Source of the DNA: Guillardia theta CCMP2712
Lineage: Eukaryota; Protista; Cryptophyta
Length of the DNA stretch: 64,000 nt
Assembly (NCBI RefSeq): GCF_000315625.1
Contig: NW_005434613.1
Location: forward strand, 193,751-257,750
Direction of reading: 5' to 3'
Below the pieces are notes generated by a model. The model was not told where the DNA came from. It did not search any database and was given only the letters and a program-made list of their open reading frames with translations. The stretch's first letter is position 1; every line of letters begins with the position of its first letter. Both the position numbers and the translations under genes were made by a program. Positions 12,446-25,840 of the stretch are shown here, piece by piece.

Positions 12446-13007
12446 ACTGAAGGTCGTTGGCAGGAGGCAAGGGACTTTGCTCGCCGATCCTTCATTTTGC
12501 ACTGGTGAGACTGCTGCAGCACAGTGACAGCCAGTGTCTCCTTGATCACTCCCGCTCCTCCCGCTCCTCACCCGAGTGTCCGCAGGAGAGACGCTGACTT
12601 CACCTCCCCGTATGATAGTCAAGAGATCACCACAGCCTTCGGCTACCCGCTCGTCTCACCCAAGTTCTGTGAATAAAATAGTAGAGTTGGAGGTCCCCGG
12701 TGATTCATAACTTTTCAATGAGCTGCCTAAGACAATCGTTGAGACCCGGCTGTGACTGAAGCGCGCTCACGGTTCACCGTGCTGGACTTGGCCCGGTCCA
12801 GGGCCCGGCCGGCAGTGACGGTCCGACCGTCCGATCGGCGGCCCGGACACTACTAGTGACCGTAATACCGGTACGGTCCCAGTATCCTGGCCGGGCAGTC
12901 TCAGTGACTCATCAGTCGCCTCAGAATGGGGACCGCTGGGGGACCGCGGCCCGGCGAACCGTTACACGTGTTCGGGTTTGTAACGTTCACTTGTTTGGGC
13001 GCTAGCA

Positions 13008-15840
13008 ATGCGACTTGTCGGCATGACAGTGAAGGCGGCGAATGGAGGGAGGAGAGAGCGAAGAAGCGAATGCGCGAAGAGAGAGTGAGAGGGTGAGGGG
13101 AGGATGGAGGATAGCTCGACTGAGGACTGAGGAGGAAGGTGATCTTTTGCTATCAAGTCCTGAGGAGGAGACGGTGGGATAGGTTTGGCTACAATCATGT
13201 TGCAAGGACTGCCGATGTCCCGTCAGAGGGATCGGTTGACTTCAAAAATCTCAAACTTGGGAGCAATTGTTGTCATCATGTGTATGGCTGCCTCAAACGT
13301 CAAGGTTGGCGCTGTCATGGAACGCAGATCGATGTTGGGATTTCATACCAGCCAAGCTCAGTGCATCGGAAGCAACTCGGGACGGGCGATTTGTTGTAGA
13401 CAGAAGCTGGGGGGTGGGAGGATCAACGTCATAGCAGGTCTTTGCTGCTTGTAAATTTATGTAAGAGAGGTGATCTTGAAGCAGGGAGAAAGTCGCGCAA
13501 GAGGTGCAAACATTCGAGGCATGGTGTTCATGGATTGAAAATGATTTCATGTTTGCAGTGTGCTTGTTTGTCAGGATAGACAAACGTCTTGGGGACAAGA
13601 CACAAAAGAAAAAGACATACAAGAGGTATTCTGAGATGTCATCTAAGATGTCGACGACGAGGTGCAGCAAAAGTGACATGTTGGGAACAGGGCGACCTGG
13701 TCAGAGTGCGTGAAGATGCGGCGAAAATAATGGCGGGAAAGGTGAGGTTTGGCCTATGGTGATGCGAGCGAAGTGAATCTTTCTTTAGGGATGGAACGAT
13801 ATTGTCATGTCGAAAACACTTGGAGAACATGGAGTGGTGAGGATGTTTGCAAGTTTTGACTGTGATGATTTTTTTTCGTGTTGGTTGCCACATTTTCTGT
13901 GATGTGAATTAAGTCAAAACAGGTCAAGCTTGTGAGACACGCACCCTCAGTTGATATTGCAATGGTGGAGTTTGAAAGGATTCCGGGATCACGTGAGATC
14001 CCGTATGTACCACATGATGCATACTGATTTTTGTGCGTCAACGGTACACAGCTATGTTTGCCTACAGGTTAGAATGTCTAGATGTAATAGCACCTGGAAA
14101 TTCGCGGGGCTTCATCGAGAACCCTTCTGCTGAGTTGTTGTGGGTTCTTCATTGTTCGTATTGCTGGTTTATATTTAAAAAATTCACAGAGAAGAGGCTG
14201 GAAAAGATTTGGCAGAGGAGCTGAAAGACAACATGGCTGCCATTCAAGAGCACATGCAGAAGAAGCGAATTGAGCAAATTGAGCAACGTCTTGCTCAGTT
14301 TGATAAACAGAAAGAGACGAAGAATCCAACCGTGGAGAAGAGTCATACATGTATTTGACTTACATACACCTGCCTCTCTGTGACAAGACTAGCAGCCGAT
14401 CGGAAGGAGAAGGAGAAGAAAAACGAGAAGGAGGAGGAGAAGGAGGAGGAGGAGGAGGAGGACATTTTGGATGAGATTAAGCGAAACGGGTATGGACCGA
14501 TTAAGTTAGAAAACCTCAGTCCGGGCATGAAGGCATGGTATCATGGTAAATTTTTGACTTGATTGTTCTGAGGATGAACTGAGTTCCTATGCTTTCGCAG
14601 GGAGACGGTTCAGTTACCCTCGATTCTTCAAAAAGACACCCAAGGTGGGTTGTTTCCTGTGTAGATGGGATGCAAATGTTGCTGCGATAGATATCAGTTG
14701 TTTGCTGACGTGCTTTGATACAGCCATACCTCGAAAGATTGGAGAAAACCGTCGAGGAGTATGAAGCGAAGATGAGAAAGGAAACTAAGAACGAAGGGAG
14801 TGGCGTCGCTGACGTCAAAAACAATCTATCGCAAGACAATCATGCGTTTATGAGCACAATCAAGGGTGAGAAGAAGGATGAGGTTGGATCGAAGAAAACG
14901 AATGAGTTGAAGCAACCGGAAATGCCGAGAGGCGAAGAGAATTCGCAAGGTTGCACTTTGTACGTGTGATGATACATATGTTGATCGAGTTGTTGCGATT
15001 GCCTGCATAAGAATCTTGATCTTTCTTGAGAGAAATTGAAAATATTTTCAGCGGTCTCCTGCTGATTATGAGACTGTTATTCTGAGACAATTATTCTTGA
15101 AACGTCGTTTCATCATGTCTGCAAATGTTTTTCAATGGCAGAATACTGAGATCATCCCTCGATTTGACCTTGTCTGCATCGCAATAGATGATGAAGACTT
15201 CAAGTTACTCGAAGATACGAAAGAGGAAAGCGAAGAAGATGACCAGGTTTTCTGTCCGTTTTAAAGACCCTACATCGATGTGAAGACTCTGATGTTTCTT
15301 TCGATGGAAGTGGGGTTGGCGGTGGTGGTGTTACCTGTTGGTGTTCTATAATGGTTTTGCTCATGATGTGGAGTTCTTAGTGCATGTTCTGAAGTTCAAT
15401 CCTCCAGAAACCGTTGGGCTCTGAGAGCCAAAAAGGGCTGGAGTATCGAAAGATGTTGAAACAGTACTCCCTCGAACTGGAAAGGAAGGAGAGAGAGGGT
15501 CTCATTTCTCCTCCTTCCCCTCCTCCTTCCCCTCCTCCTTCCCCCTCCTCCTTCACTCCTCGCTACGCTTCGTCGTCATCATACGACCCATCCCAAAGGC
15601 GACAAAGTTACAAGCAGTGAGTACCGAGACGAGGAAGGAAAGGCGGTGGGAGCAGGGGGAGCAGGAGAAAGCAAGGGATGGGAGAATGATCTCAGCTACT
15701 ATACTGCATTTGTGGTGACGTTGTATCAGAGATGGCTCGAACAGCAAGACGATCAAGAGGAGCAAGGCAGATCTAGAAGCTTGCCTTCCACCATCGTCGA
15801 GGAAAAGACGATTCCGTCTCAAAGAACCGCTGGACAGGTT
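13008..15840 (+). CDS. Run of short exons encoding a charged/coiled-coil region; probably the long N-terminal extension of the POP polymerase, possibly a separate gene
   Basis: In-frame exon fragments (e.g. 'MAAIQEHMQKKRIEQIEQRLAQF', 'PYLERLEKTVEEYEAKMRKE') separated by ~50 nt GT-AG introns. No clear terminal stop before the exonuclease exons. Confidence 0.45.
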
Positions 15841-15949
15841 GTATCGTGTTTGTAGGACACGTTTGCGCTCAGGGTCTTTTGTTTGCCCTGCAATCATGCT
15901 GAGCGATGCGAACTGACCCGATGGATGGTCGAGTGATTCGATGTTCAGA

Positions 15950-18900
15950 TACATCACCATCGTGAGGACAGCAGAAGAAGCGAAACGTGTTGTGGAGTAT
16001 CTCAGCCAACCGCGAATGGGTAAATCGAAAGCGATTGAATATGACGACAATGACGATGATGAATGTGGCGATGGTCACAAGATGATGACATGATTGATCT
16101 GATAATGCTGAGGCAATGATGCTGAGATGATGGCAAGACATCGAGTTGTTGTGCAGCCATCACGATGAGAAGCGTTGGGGTGCTGACGTCACTGAATAGA
16201 AAAACTTACTTTCGCTTGCGACACGGAGACCATTAACATCGACCCGACTTCAGAGAGTCCAGTAGGGAAGGTACAAGAAAAACACTGCTGTGGTGGATGG
16301 GAGCAGGAGCAAGAGCAGGAGCAGGAGGAAGGACCAGGGCGAGGGCGAGGGCAAGAACGAGGAACAGGAGGAGCTGTAGGGAGGGAGAGAGAGCGAATAA
16401 GGAACGGGAGGATTGAAAAGACTCTGATTGTCCTACAGGGCGAGGTTGTTTGCTTTTCCCTCTTTGCGGGCCCCGGGGGTGTCAACTTCGCCGATTTCGC
16501 GGAGACGGTGGAACTGAAAGAGATCGAAATTTACAAGGGCGGCAAGAAAGCACGATCAAAGTCTGTTAGAGCAGTGAAGAGTACACGATTATGGGTTGAC
16601 ACGACTGGAGATGAAGGGAGAAAGGTAAGACGTGAACGAAATATCAGACGATTGTTGTGCTTGACAACATCTAGATCCTGGAAGTTTTTAAAGAATGGTT
16701 TGGCGATGATAGGTTCAAGAAGGTGATTAATTTCGATCTTCTTGCCTCCGACCGCAATCTTGCAATCATGTTTTTGCTCATTTTTTGGAAGTTTCCTTGC
16801 TTGCTCCAATAATCTTTCTGCAGATTTTTCACAACTGGAGTTTTGATGGACATCTCCTTGCAAATCACGGGATTGAAGTGGGCGGATTCAAAGGCAAGAT
16901 GAAAATTAGATCCTTGGACATCGATGTCGTCGAAGTAGACGCTGATGTTGACTCTGATGTTATTGTTACTGTGCAAATGTCATGCCGTGTGTTAGATCCA
17001 CGATGAAGTTTCTGGGACATGCACGTTCCGCTTTCCTCACATGCTCTGAGCAGGTGATACAGTTCACATGGCCAGGTTGTGGGACACAAGCAGGCAAGGC
17101 AGAGGAGGATACAAGCTGTCAAGCCTCATGCAGGACCTGCTGGGTTGGGGCAAAACAGACATGAAAGAGGTGAATCTGTAGCGTGTAGTTGAAAGAGCAG
17201 GGAGGGAGGAGGAGGAGGAGGAGGAGGAGGAAGAGGAGGAGCAGCAGCATCAGCAGCAGAAGCGGCGGCGGCTGTGGCGGCAGCAGCAGCAGCAGCATGA
17301 GGAGAATTTTGGGGAGAAGGGTAGCAGAAGGGACGTTGGGAAATTAAAGGATGGGGTGCAAGGGAGGGAGGGGGAGGGAGGGGGACTGTGCTGCAGCGAT
17401 ACAGCAACAATGACACGTCCTTTGAAGGTTTTCGGCCGTTTCAAGCTGAAGAAAGACGGGACCCCCGGCAAAGTCGTTTACCTTCCGGACTCGTTGACCC
17501 TGCAGGTAGCGCAATCGCATGCATAAGTTATACTTATGAGGACATGTTTCTTGCGTCATCGCAGACAGATCCGAACGTGACCATGTTCGAAAAGTGGATC
17601 CACTACTCTACCTACGACACGATCTGCACGTGGTATCTCTATTTCTCCCTCCGGAAGGAGCTGGAAAACATGTCGTGGAGCCCCGATGCGATCGTGTACG
17701 AGAACGAGTTGTTGAAGATGAGGGGTGAGAAAATTTTCAACTGTGTAGCCAGTGGGTCTGACATTTCGATTCCTCCGTCCCTCTCATTTCCTCCTTCACT
17801 CCCTCCGACGTACTCCCTTGCTCATTTCCCCTTTTCTCTCTCTCGATGCCTACCTCCTACTCTGTCCCTGTTCGTCTGTACTCGACTCCCCCCTCCCCCT
17901 CTCCCCCCTTGAACTCGCTTCCCTGCTCTTGCTCGACCTTGGCAGCTGATCGGACGCTCTTCACTTTCTATGACTGCTTCTGGAGGCCTTTTGGACAGAT
18001 CCTGACGGACATGGAAAGGAAGGGAATGTACATCGACAAAGACTATCTGTATCAGCAGGCTGAGAAGGCCCAGGAGGACAAAGAGAAGAGGACCGAGTCG
18101 TTCATGCAGTGGGTTCGCTCCCTATGCCCCGACGGGAAGTATATCAACATCAACAGCAACCCACAGAAACGACACCTCCTCTTCTCCAGCATCACTGTAA
18201 GTTCCTCCTCCCTTCCCTCCCATCCCTCCCTTCCTTTCCTTCTCCTTCCCCTCCCCTCCCTTCCCTCCCTCCTCACACCTGACGGTGGAGCAGGTAAGGA
18301 TCGTGTCCTCGCATCCTGTCAGAGACAAGGACATGCGCCTGACCTTCAAGCCGGACGACGTCGTCGAGCTCGCCTACAGGGATGGAGAGAAGCTCATCCG
18401 CCAAGGGCTGGCGGTGGAGGAGGAGCCTGATGACGCTGGTTCCCGCGAGCCGCACATGAGAACGTTCCAGGTTGACAACAAGGTGGAGGAGGAGGAAGAG
18501 AGGGAGGAGGAGGAGGGAGAGGAGGGAGAGGTGCTGTTTCTGTCTCCTCCTCGTTCCAAAAGAAGCATCTCCCTCCTCGGCCTCGCCCTCACCCCCGTTG
18601 CTTACACGGCGACCGGACAAGCGTCTACGGCTGGTGCTCCTCACTCTCCCTCTCCCTCTGCCAGTCCTTTCCGACTACGACTACCTATTTTTACTCTCTC
18701 CTCCTCCTCCTCCTCTTCCTCTTCCTTCTCCTTCTCTCACACCTTCGATCATCCTCTCTCTCCATTTCCTTAGCCCGTATTCCACTCCCCCCCCCTTGCC
18801 TGCCTGCCTGCCTCGTGCCTCCTCCTCCTCCTCCTCCTCCTCCTCCTCCTCCTCCTCCTCCTCCTCCTCCTCCTCCTCCTGTTCAACCACATCCCCCGCC

Positions 18901-20016
18901 ATGACCTCGATCGCAGGCCAAGTGATCCAGAAGCTCGCCGGGAAGCCTTTCGCCTCTCCTCCCTCCTACGGCACAGCGTTCAAAGACCTCGGAGGAGGAG
19001 AGGAGGGCAAGGCTGCGTGCGAGGCGCTGGCTAGCCTGCTGGAAGGGGAGGCGATCGAGAAACTGCTGAGCACCTTCCTCCTCCCACTGCCGGAGCAGAC
19101 GGACGAGGCGAGCAGGATACACACTTCCCTGAACATCAACACAGAGACTGGGAGGCTGTCGTCGCAGCGCCCCAACCTGCAGAACCAGCCGGCGCTAGAG
19201 AAGGATGTGTACAGGATGAGGAAGGCGTTTTCCGCTCCTCCGGGGAGGAAGCTGATCATAGTGGACTACGGGCAGCTGGAGCTGAGAATCATGGCACAGA
19301 TGACGGGCTGCCGGAGTATGCTAGACGCGTTTGAGCAAGGAGGAGACTTTCACTCGAGGACAGCGATCGACATGTACCGCTACATCGCTGAAGCTGTGGA
19401 GAGGAAGGAGGTGCTGCTGGAGTGGAACTCGCACGACGGGGCTCCACCAGCGCCGATGCTCAAGGACAAGTTTGCGTCTGAGAGGAGGAAGGCCAAGACC
19501 CTCAACTTCGGCATCGCGTACGGGATGACGAAGATGAAGGTGGCGAGGGACTGGGGGGTGTCGCTTGAGGAGGCGGAGGAGACTATCCAGACATGGTACT
19601 CAGCACGAAAGGAGGTGAAGCAGTGGCAGGAGGAGGTGATCGAGCGAGCAAGGAGGACCGGGTATACGGAGACGTTCCTGGGGAGGAGGAGGTACCTGCC
19701 CGAGATCAACGGCAGGGACGGGGTCGGCCGGGGGCATGCGGAGCGAGCAGCGATCAATACGCCGATCCAGGGAGGAGCAGCAGATATCGTGATGATGGCG
19801 ATGCTGAAGCTGCGCGGGGAGGAGAGGATCAGGAGGCTGGGATGGAGGATGGTGATGCAGATTCATGACGAGATCATCCTGGAAGGGCCCGAGGAGACGG
19901 CGGAAGAAGTTTTCCCCCTGGTGCGAGCATGCATGGAGCAGCCGTTCGACTCGCCGCTGAGCGTTGAGCTGCCAGTGGATGGGAGCATAGCAGACAACTG
20001 GTATGAAGGGAAGTGA
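15950..20016 (+). CDS. POP: Family A organellar DNA polymerase (POP, plant and protist organellar polymerase): 3'-5' exonuclease plus polymerase domains
   Basis: ExoI 'FACDTET', 'RLWVD', ExoII 'FHNWSFDGHLL', ExoIII 'WIHYSTYD'. POP-diagnostic 'RIHTSLNINTETGRLSSQRPNLQNQPALEKD', motif A 'VDYGQLELRI', motif B 'RRKAKTLNFGIAYG', motif C 'QIHDEII', ending 'NWYEGK'. Confidence 0.96.
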
Positions 20017-20699
20017 GGGAGGAGGAGGAGGAGGAGGAGGAGGATGAGGGAGAAGAGAGCAGCAGCATTAACAGCAGCGGCAGAATGACGTAAAAGTTAG
20101 TGATGATCATGATGAGCCGGAGGACCCGGTGGAAGAGGTGAGGAAGAGCAGGAGAGGAGGAGGAAGAGGACGACGACGACGATTAGGAGGAGGAGGAGGA
20201 TGAGGAGGATGAGGAAGAGGAGGAACGATGACAGGAAGAGCAGGAAGAAGAGGAGAGGAGTTGTCGTATAATATGTCTTCATTCACTTCACAAAGTCACG
20301 AGTAAACATCACAAACGTTAGGGGCAACGACAGATGAGACTATCTACACTTGCTGGAAAAAAATTACATGAAACGAGCTTGTCATGGTTAGTGTTGAAAA
20401 CCTCCCCTGATGCGCGAACCTCGGGGTCCTCCTCCTCCTCCTCCTCCTCAGCTTCCCGCTCCTCCTTGGTCTGTTTTGACTGCCATGAGCGGCTGACAGC
20501 ATCGCTCTCAGTCTTCATCCCCATCAGCACTTGACGCGTGCCGGTTATCCATCCTCCTCCTCCTCCTCCTCCTTCCAAGACGTCCGGTACCCGCTCTTGT
20601 CCAAGTTCCGGTCCCCATCCCAGTCCGCCGCGCTTCTCTTCTTCCTCCTGCTCCTCCTGCCATCATCTTGTATCCTGACCTTCGTCCACCACCTCCCCT

Positions 20700-23018
20700 T
20701 CAACCATGGTAGTTCGCATACCCATCATAGGCATACACAGGATACTGATAGGGATAGTAGTACCGGTTATCAACCGCAGGGGGCATGTCGTACCCCTCCT
20801 CCGGCTCGTAGTACCCGTACCCGTCCTCCATCCTCGCCATCCCATCCTCCTCCGGCATCCCAGCAAACCACCCGTAGTCGTAGGAGTGACCGTAGTACTC
20901 CTCGGGGACGTACTCGGGGAGGAAGGAGGTGGGGAGGGGAGGGGAGAGGTACCTAGTGGTACTGTCCATCCTGGCCCTCGCCCTCCCCTCCTGCGAGCAG
21001 CCCAGCCCGTCTAGCAGGAGCTCGTCCTCAGCAACTTGCCGCAGCTCCTCCTCGTACATGACCTTCGACTCTGATATCACGCTCTCTATCCTGTGCAGCA
21101 ACTCGTTGACTGTGTTCTCATGCCTGTCCAGCTGTGCATGCGCTGTCCTCCTCCTATGGTTCCAGTCCTCCGCTGCCCTCCTCCTCCTCCTCCCCTCCCT
21201 CGCGCGCGCGAGGGTCTTGAAAAGCTGCACGGCCCGCGCCTCCCTCCTGTTCTGCAGCTCCTCCTTCGCCCTCTCCGACTGATCCTCCTCCACTTCCTCC
21301 GCCCGCACCGCCGCCTGCTCCCACCCGGCTGCCTCCGGCTCCTGCTGCTTCCCCGCTACATGTTCCTCATACACATCGTCTTCAATGATCTCGTTCTCCT
21401 CCAGGTCACTTTCCCGCTCTCCCCTCTCCTCCTCCTCCACGTACGCCTGCTGGTACGGAGCTGGGTAGCCATAGTGCTGCTCGTATGCCCCGAGATCGTA
21501 CTCCTCCTCCCCATGCTGCATGTAGTACGTGTCCTCCACTCTCCCTTCTTCCTCCTCGTCCACCCTCGAGCTATCTCGGAGACGCTGTGTGATCTCGTCT
21601 CTGAACCTTTGCTCGATGCTCGCGTTCTCCTCCTCAGTGAAATCCCCGTACATATCCGAGGAGGAAGCAGCAGACCTGACTCTGTGCAGATCCTGCTTCC
21701 TCCTCACCTGCTGCTCCAGCACAGCCGCTTGCTGGTACTGCTGGTGCTGGTGCTGCTCGCCGAACTCCTCCACTTGCCCTGTGGCAGAGAAGCTCTGAAC
21801 GCTCGGGTCAGGGTAGGCAGCGGCATCGTCGATCTCCACAGCAAACTCTCGCACATCCAATGTGTCGTACTTGCCAACTGGATCGTACTCATACGCTCCA
21901 GCTCCAGCTCCAGCTCCAGCTCCAGCAGATGCCAAGTACTCCTCGTCCTCCTCCTCCAGCAGGTACTTGTCAAGGTCCACGTCGTTCATGTCAGACAGCT
22001 GCACATCGTCGTCCTCCCCCAGCTCCTCTCCCAGCATCTCCCCAGCATAGTCGTCGTACTGATGTCTGATGGCTGATAGCGACTCTCCAACATCAAACTG
22101 GTCCTGCAGGTACTCCCCACCACCCAGCCCAGCTGCTACTTCACCTCCAAGCCCAGCCATCGGGACGTCCACAAACGCCTCGTCGTACCCTGACAGCGGC
22201 TCGTCTCTGCCCAGCAGCTCGTCCACGTGCTGGAACGCCTGCAGACCCGGGTCGTCGAAGGGGGGAGAAATGTGGAAGTCGGCGGTGAGAGCGTCGTCCC
22301 CGTACCCCAGCGCCGTCCCCTCTCCACCTCCCACGTGTTCTTCCTCCTCCTCCTCTCCTCCCTCTCCATCGTACACATCGTAGAACACCTGGTGTCCGGA
22401 CATGATGCTGAACTGCATGACTTTCTTCTCCTCCTCAGCGATCTTGTAGTCGAATCTCCTCTTCTGCTCTCTGCTCAGCTCCTTCCTTCTCACCGTCTCT
22501 CCCGCCGTCCACATCCTCCTCGCCCTCTCCCTCGACGCCGACGCAAGCTTGTTCGCTACCAGCCTGATCGCTTCCAGCTTCCTCTTCGCCTCCTTCACCC
22601 TCTGCGCCGCATCCTCTGACGCCGGCCCCTCATCGCGCAAGTTCATCACCGAGGCAAGCAGGAGCTCAGCATCGCTCGTCATCGACTTTGGGTAGGAGGG
22701 GGAACGAGCAGCCAGCAGGGCCTCTACGTCCTCTATCTCACTCTCCGGCATGCTGTCCTCGCGCAGGACGGCGGCAGCGGCGGAAGCAGCAGCAGCGGCA
22801 GCGGCAGCTCCCTGCTTGCTTTTCTTCTTGAGCAGAGCCTGCTCCCAGTCCGGTGAAGAGCTGCTCATGCTCAAGTCCTCTGCGGAAACATCGTCTGCTC
22901 GACCTGCTGCCAACTGTGAGGAGGAAGAAGAGGGGAGGGGATTGTTGAGAAGGAGGAGTGAGGGAGTAGCAAGCAACAGAGAGGGAGAGGGAGAGAGGGA
23001 GAGGGAGAGAGAGAGAGA

Positions 23019-23062
<44 letters not shown>

Positions 23063-24167
23063 TGTTGAGAAGGAGGAGGGAGGGAGTGGTGAGAAACAGA
23101 GAGCGAGTGAGATGAGGAGGAGCGAAGACGAGAAACGGAGGGAGACGCGGAGGATGAAAAAGCCACTGACCTTGCGCGTGTTCCGGAACGAGCAAAGTCT
23201 GCAACAAGTAGGAAGAAAAGAAAAGACAAGTCAGCAAGGGAAGTTGTAAGCAAACATATCATAACATGGAGCAAGATGAAGAAAACGCCGTCAAACACAG
23301 GACAACATGTCAAAAACACAAACAACAAACACGCCTCTATCAAGTCACAGCATCACATGCTCTACCTTGACAGCTGAGAGTGTGTTTGACAGCATCCTGT
23401 CTCTCCCCTTCTTCCTCTCCTCGTCCTGCTCTCCCTCCTCCTCCTCCTCCTCCGGCTTGATCGAGGCACTGTCGCGAGGAGAATGCAGCATCATCACATT
23501 ATTCCCTCCCGTTTTGAACCCGTCATCGTCCACAGCAAACTCACGGGACAGCACCCACTGCGATGAGAGTGAGGAGAGAGGAAGGAGAAGGAAGAGAAAA
23601 GAGGAGGAGAAACAGGAGGAGGAGAAGTGCAGAGACAAGGAGGACGACGAAAAGAGAGAAAGAGGAAAAGATGAGAGAGGAGGAGGGGAGGAGAGGATAG
23701 AGGAGGAGAAGAACAAACGAGGAATGAAGTAAAATTATCTCACTCTGTCATCCTCGAGGAACTTGAAACAATGCTTCCCTGCTGGCAACCACACCTGTCA
23801 CACGCTGTTAGAGAACTACTAGTCTCCTCCTCCTCCTTTCTCATCTCTCCTCCTCTTCCTCCCTCATCTTGTACTCACGTAGGTCTCCCAGGTATCTCCG
23901 TCCACTCTCTCAAGCTCGTGCAATTGCGTCCAGTCAGACCATGAACCAACCTGAAGAGAAAAGTAAGAAAGGATGTGAGGTAAGACAAGACAAGACAAGA
24001 CAGGAACACAGATGACGATGCAAAGCAAGGAGAGGAAAGGGCTCTTCACTCACCAGGTTGACAGACTTGACGTTTGGAGCACTGTGATATCTGCAAAACA
24101 TAATCAAAATCAGACAGCACGAGACAAACAAAAACATCGACAAAACATCATTATCATCATCATTGTC

Positions 24168-24201
<34 letters not shown>

Positions 24202-25808
24202 ATATCAGCATCAAGACACATGATCACCACTGTCAATCATTCAACAAACTCTCACCTGATAGGAACGAGAGAGATCGCTCCTGTCCAGCTGAGCCTCTTT
24301 TCCAGGCCCTTGACAAAAAGTTGCTGGAAGGCCTCGATCACCTTCTCCTGTGAGAGTTGCGAGTCGCCAACGATGGACTGACAACAAGATAAGTCCTCCT
24401 CCTCCTCCTCCTCCTCCTCCTCTTCCTCCTCCCCCTCCTCGTCTTCGTCCTCGTCCTCGTCCTGCTCCCCTTTCCCCCTGCTTCTTCTTTCTCGTCCTCC
24501 TTCTCCCCTTTCCCTTTCCCCTCTTCCTCTCCTCACCTGCAGGTTGACTGTCGGAGCGATCCCAACGGACTTACCGAGATCGTTTCGGTTCTCCTGTAGA
24601 GCAAAAAGAATCAGGAAGAACGAAACGGCTGGAGTATCAGGGAGGAGAGAGGAGGGAGGAGAAGAGAGTAAGGAGGAAGAGAGAGGAGGGAGAAGGAGAT
24701 GAGGGAGGAGAGAAGGGAGGAGACCCAGGAGGAGGAGGAGGAAGAGGAAGGGGAGGAGGAGGATAGAGAGGAGGAGGAGGAAGATGGAGAGGAGGAGGCG
24801 GCGCTGGCCACAGCGCTAGCTCACCATGGGCGTTGGCATTGCGATGACTTGACCGAGCTTCTCCGAAACGTCTGCGCTGATTGAGGCAGCGAGCAGAAAG
24901 GATCTGTCAAGGCTGTTGGCGTTGGCCCTCCTGTTCCTCTCGCTCGTCTCGTCGATCTGCTTCAGCCCGTACAGGGGAGCGCCGGCAACTAGGATGTTGT
25001 TGCCTGCTCGCAGAGTGAGAGGGGAAGGAGGAGAGAAGAGGGAAATGAGGGGAGAGGAGGGGACGAAGGAAGGTGTGAGAGGAGAGGAGAGGAGAGGACA
25101 GGAGAGGAGAGGAGAGGAGAGGAGAGGAGAGGTTTTCACCGCATGTTTTCATTCCATCATCCACTCTTGGCCAGTCGGGGGAAGCGATCCACTTATCAAG
25201 ACATCAGAAAGAGAATCGCAAGAGGAGAGGGAGGGAAGAGAAGCGAAAGGAGGAGGTTGTAGGGAGGGAAGAGAAGCGAAAGGAGGAGGTTGTAGAGACT
25301 GACCTTGCCGTCTACCACGAACTTGAAGGCATGGAATCCTACAGGCAGCCGAAGCTGAAAGAAGCTTGTCAGAAGGAAAGGAGGAGAGAGGAACAAGGAG
25401 GAGGAAGAGGAAGAAATAGTACTGTTTTTACCTCAGCTCCCCATACATATTGCCCGTTCTTCTTGAGAATCTTTTTCATTGTAGTCTGCAGGATTCATAT
25501 CAGACGGCAAGAACAAGAGAAGGAGGAGGAGGAGGAGGAGGAGGAGGCGACAAGTGAATGAACATGTAAAGACAGCATTTCATAGTGAAGGAATCGGACA
25601 AGTGAAGAGAGAAGTTGATAGTGGAGAGAGAGAGATACAGGGGGAGATTTTCCAAGAGAGCTGGCGAATGACGAAGAAGGTGTTTGGGAACAGTGCAGCA
25701 CAACTCACCTGCTCTGCCCACTTGGACCAGGAGCCCGCAATGTTGACCTGAAGGGAAGAACATCGATCAGTCATTACCAAGAGGCATCCAGCAAACAAAC
25801 AAGAGGAT

Positions 25809-25840
<32 letters not shown>

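Noticed and set aside
18472-18915. Poly-Ser/Pro N-terminal part of the 514 aa polymerase ORF
   Set aside because: Read-through of a (CCT)n intron. Real coding resumes at about 18918 ('QVIQKLAGK').
15950-20016. Viral or phage DNA polymerase / endogenous virus
   Set aside because: The motifs are POP-specific, the gene has many introns, and no capsid, packaging ATPase or integrase genes lie nearby.
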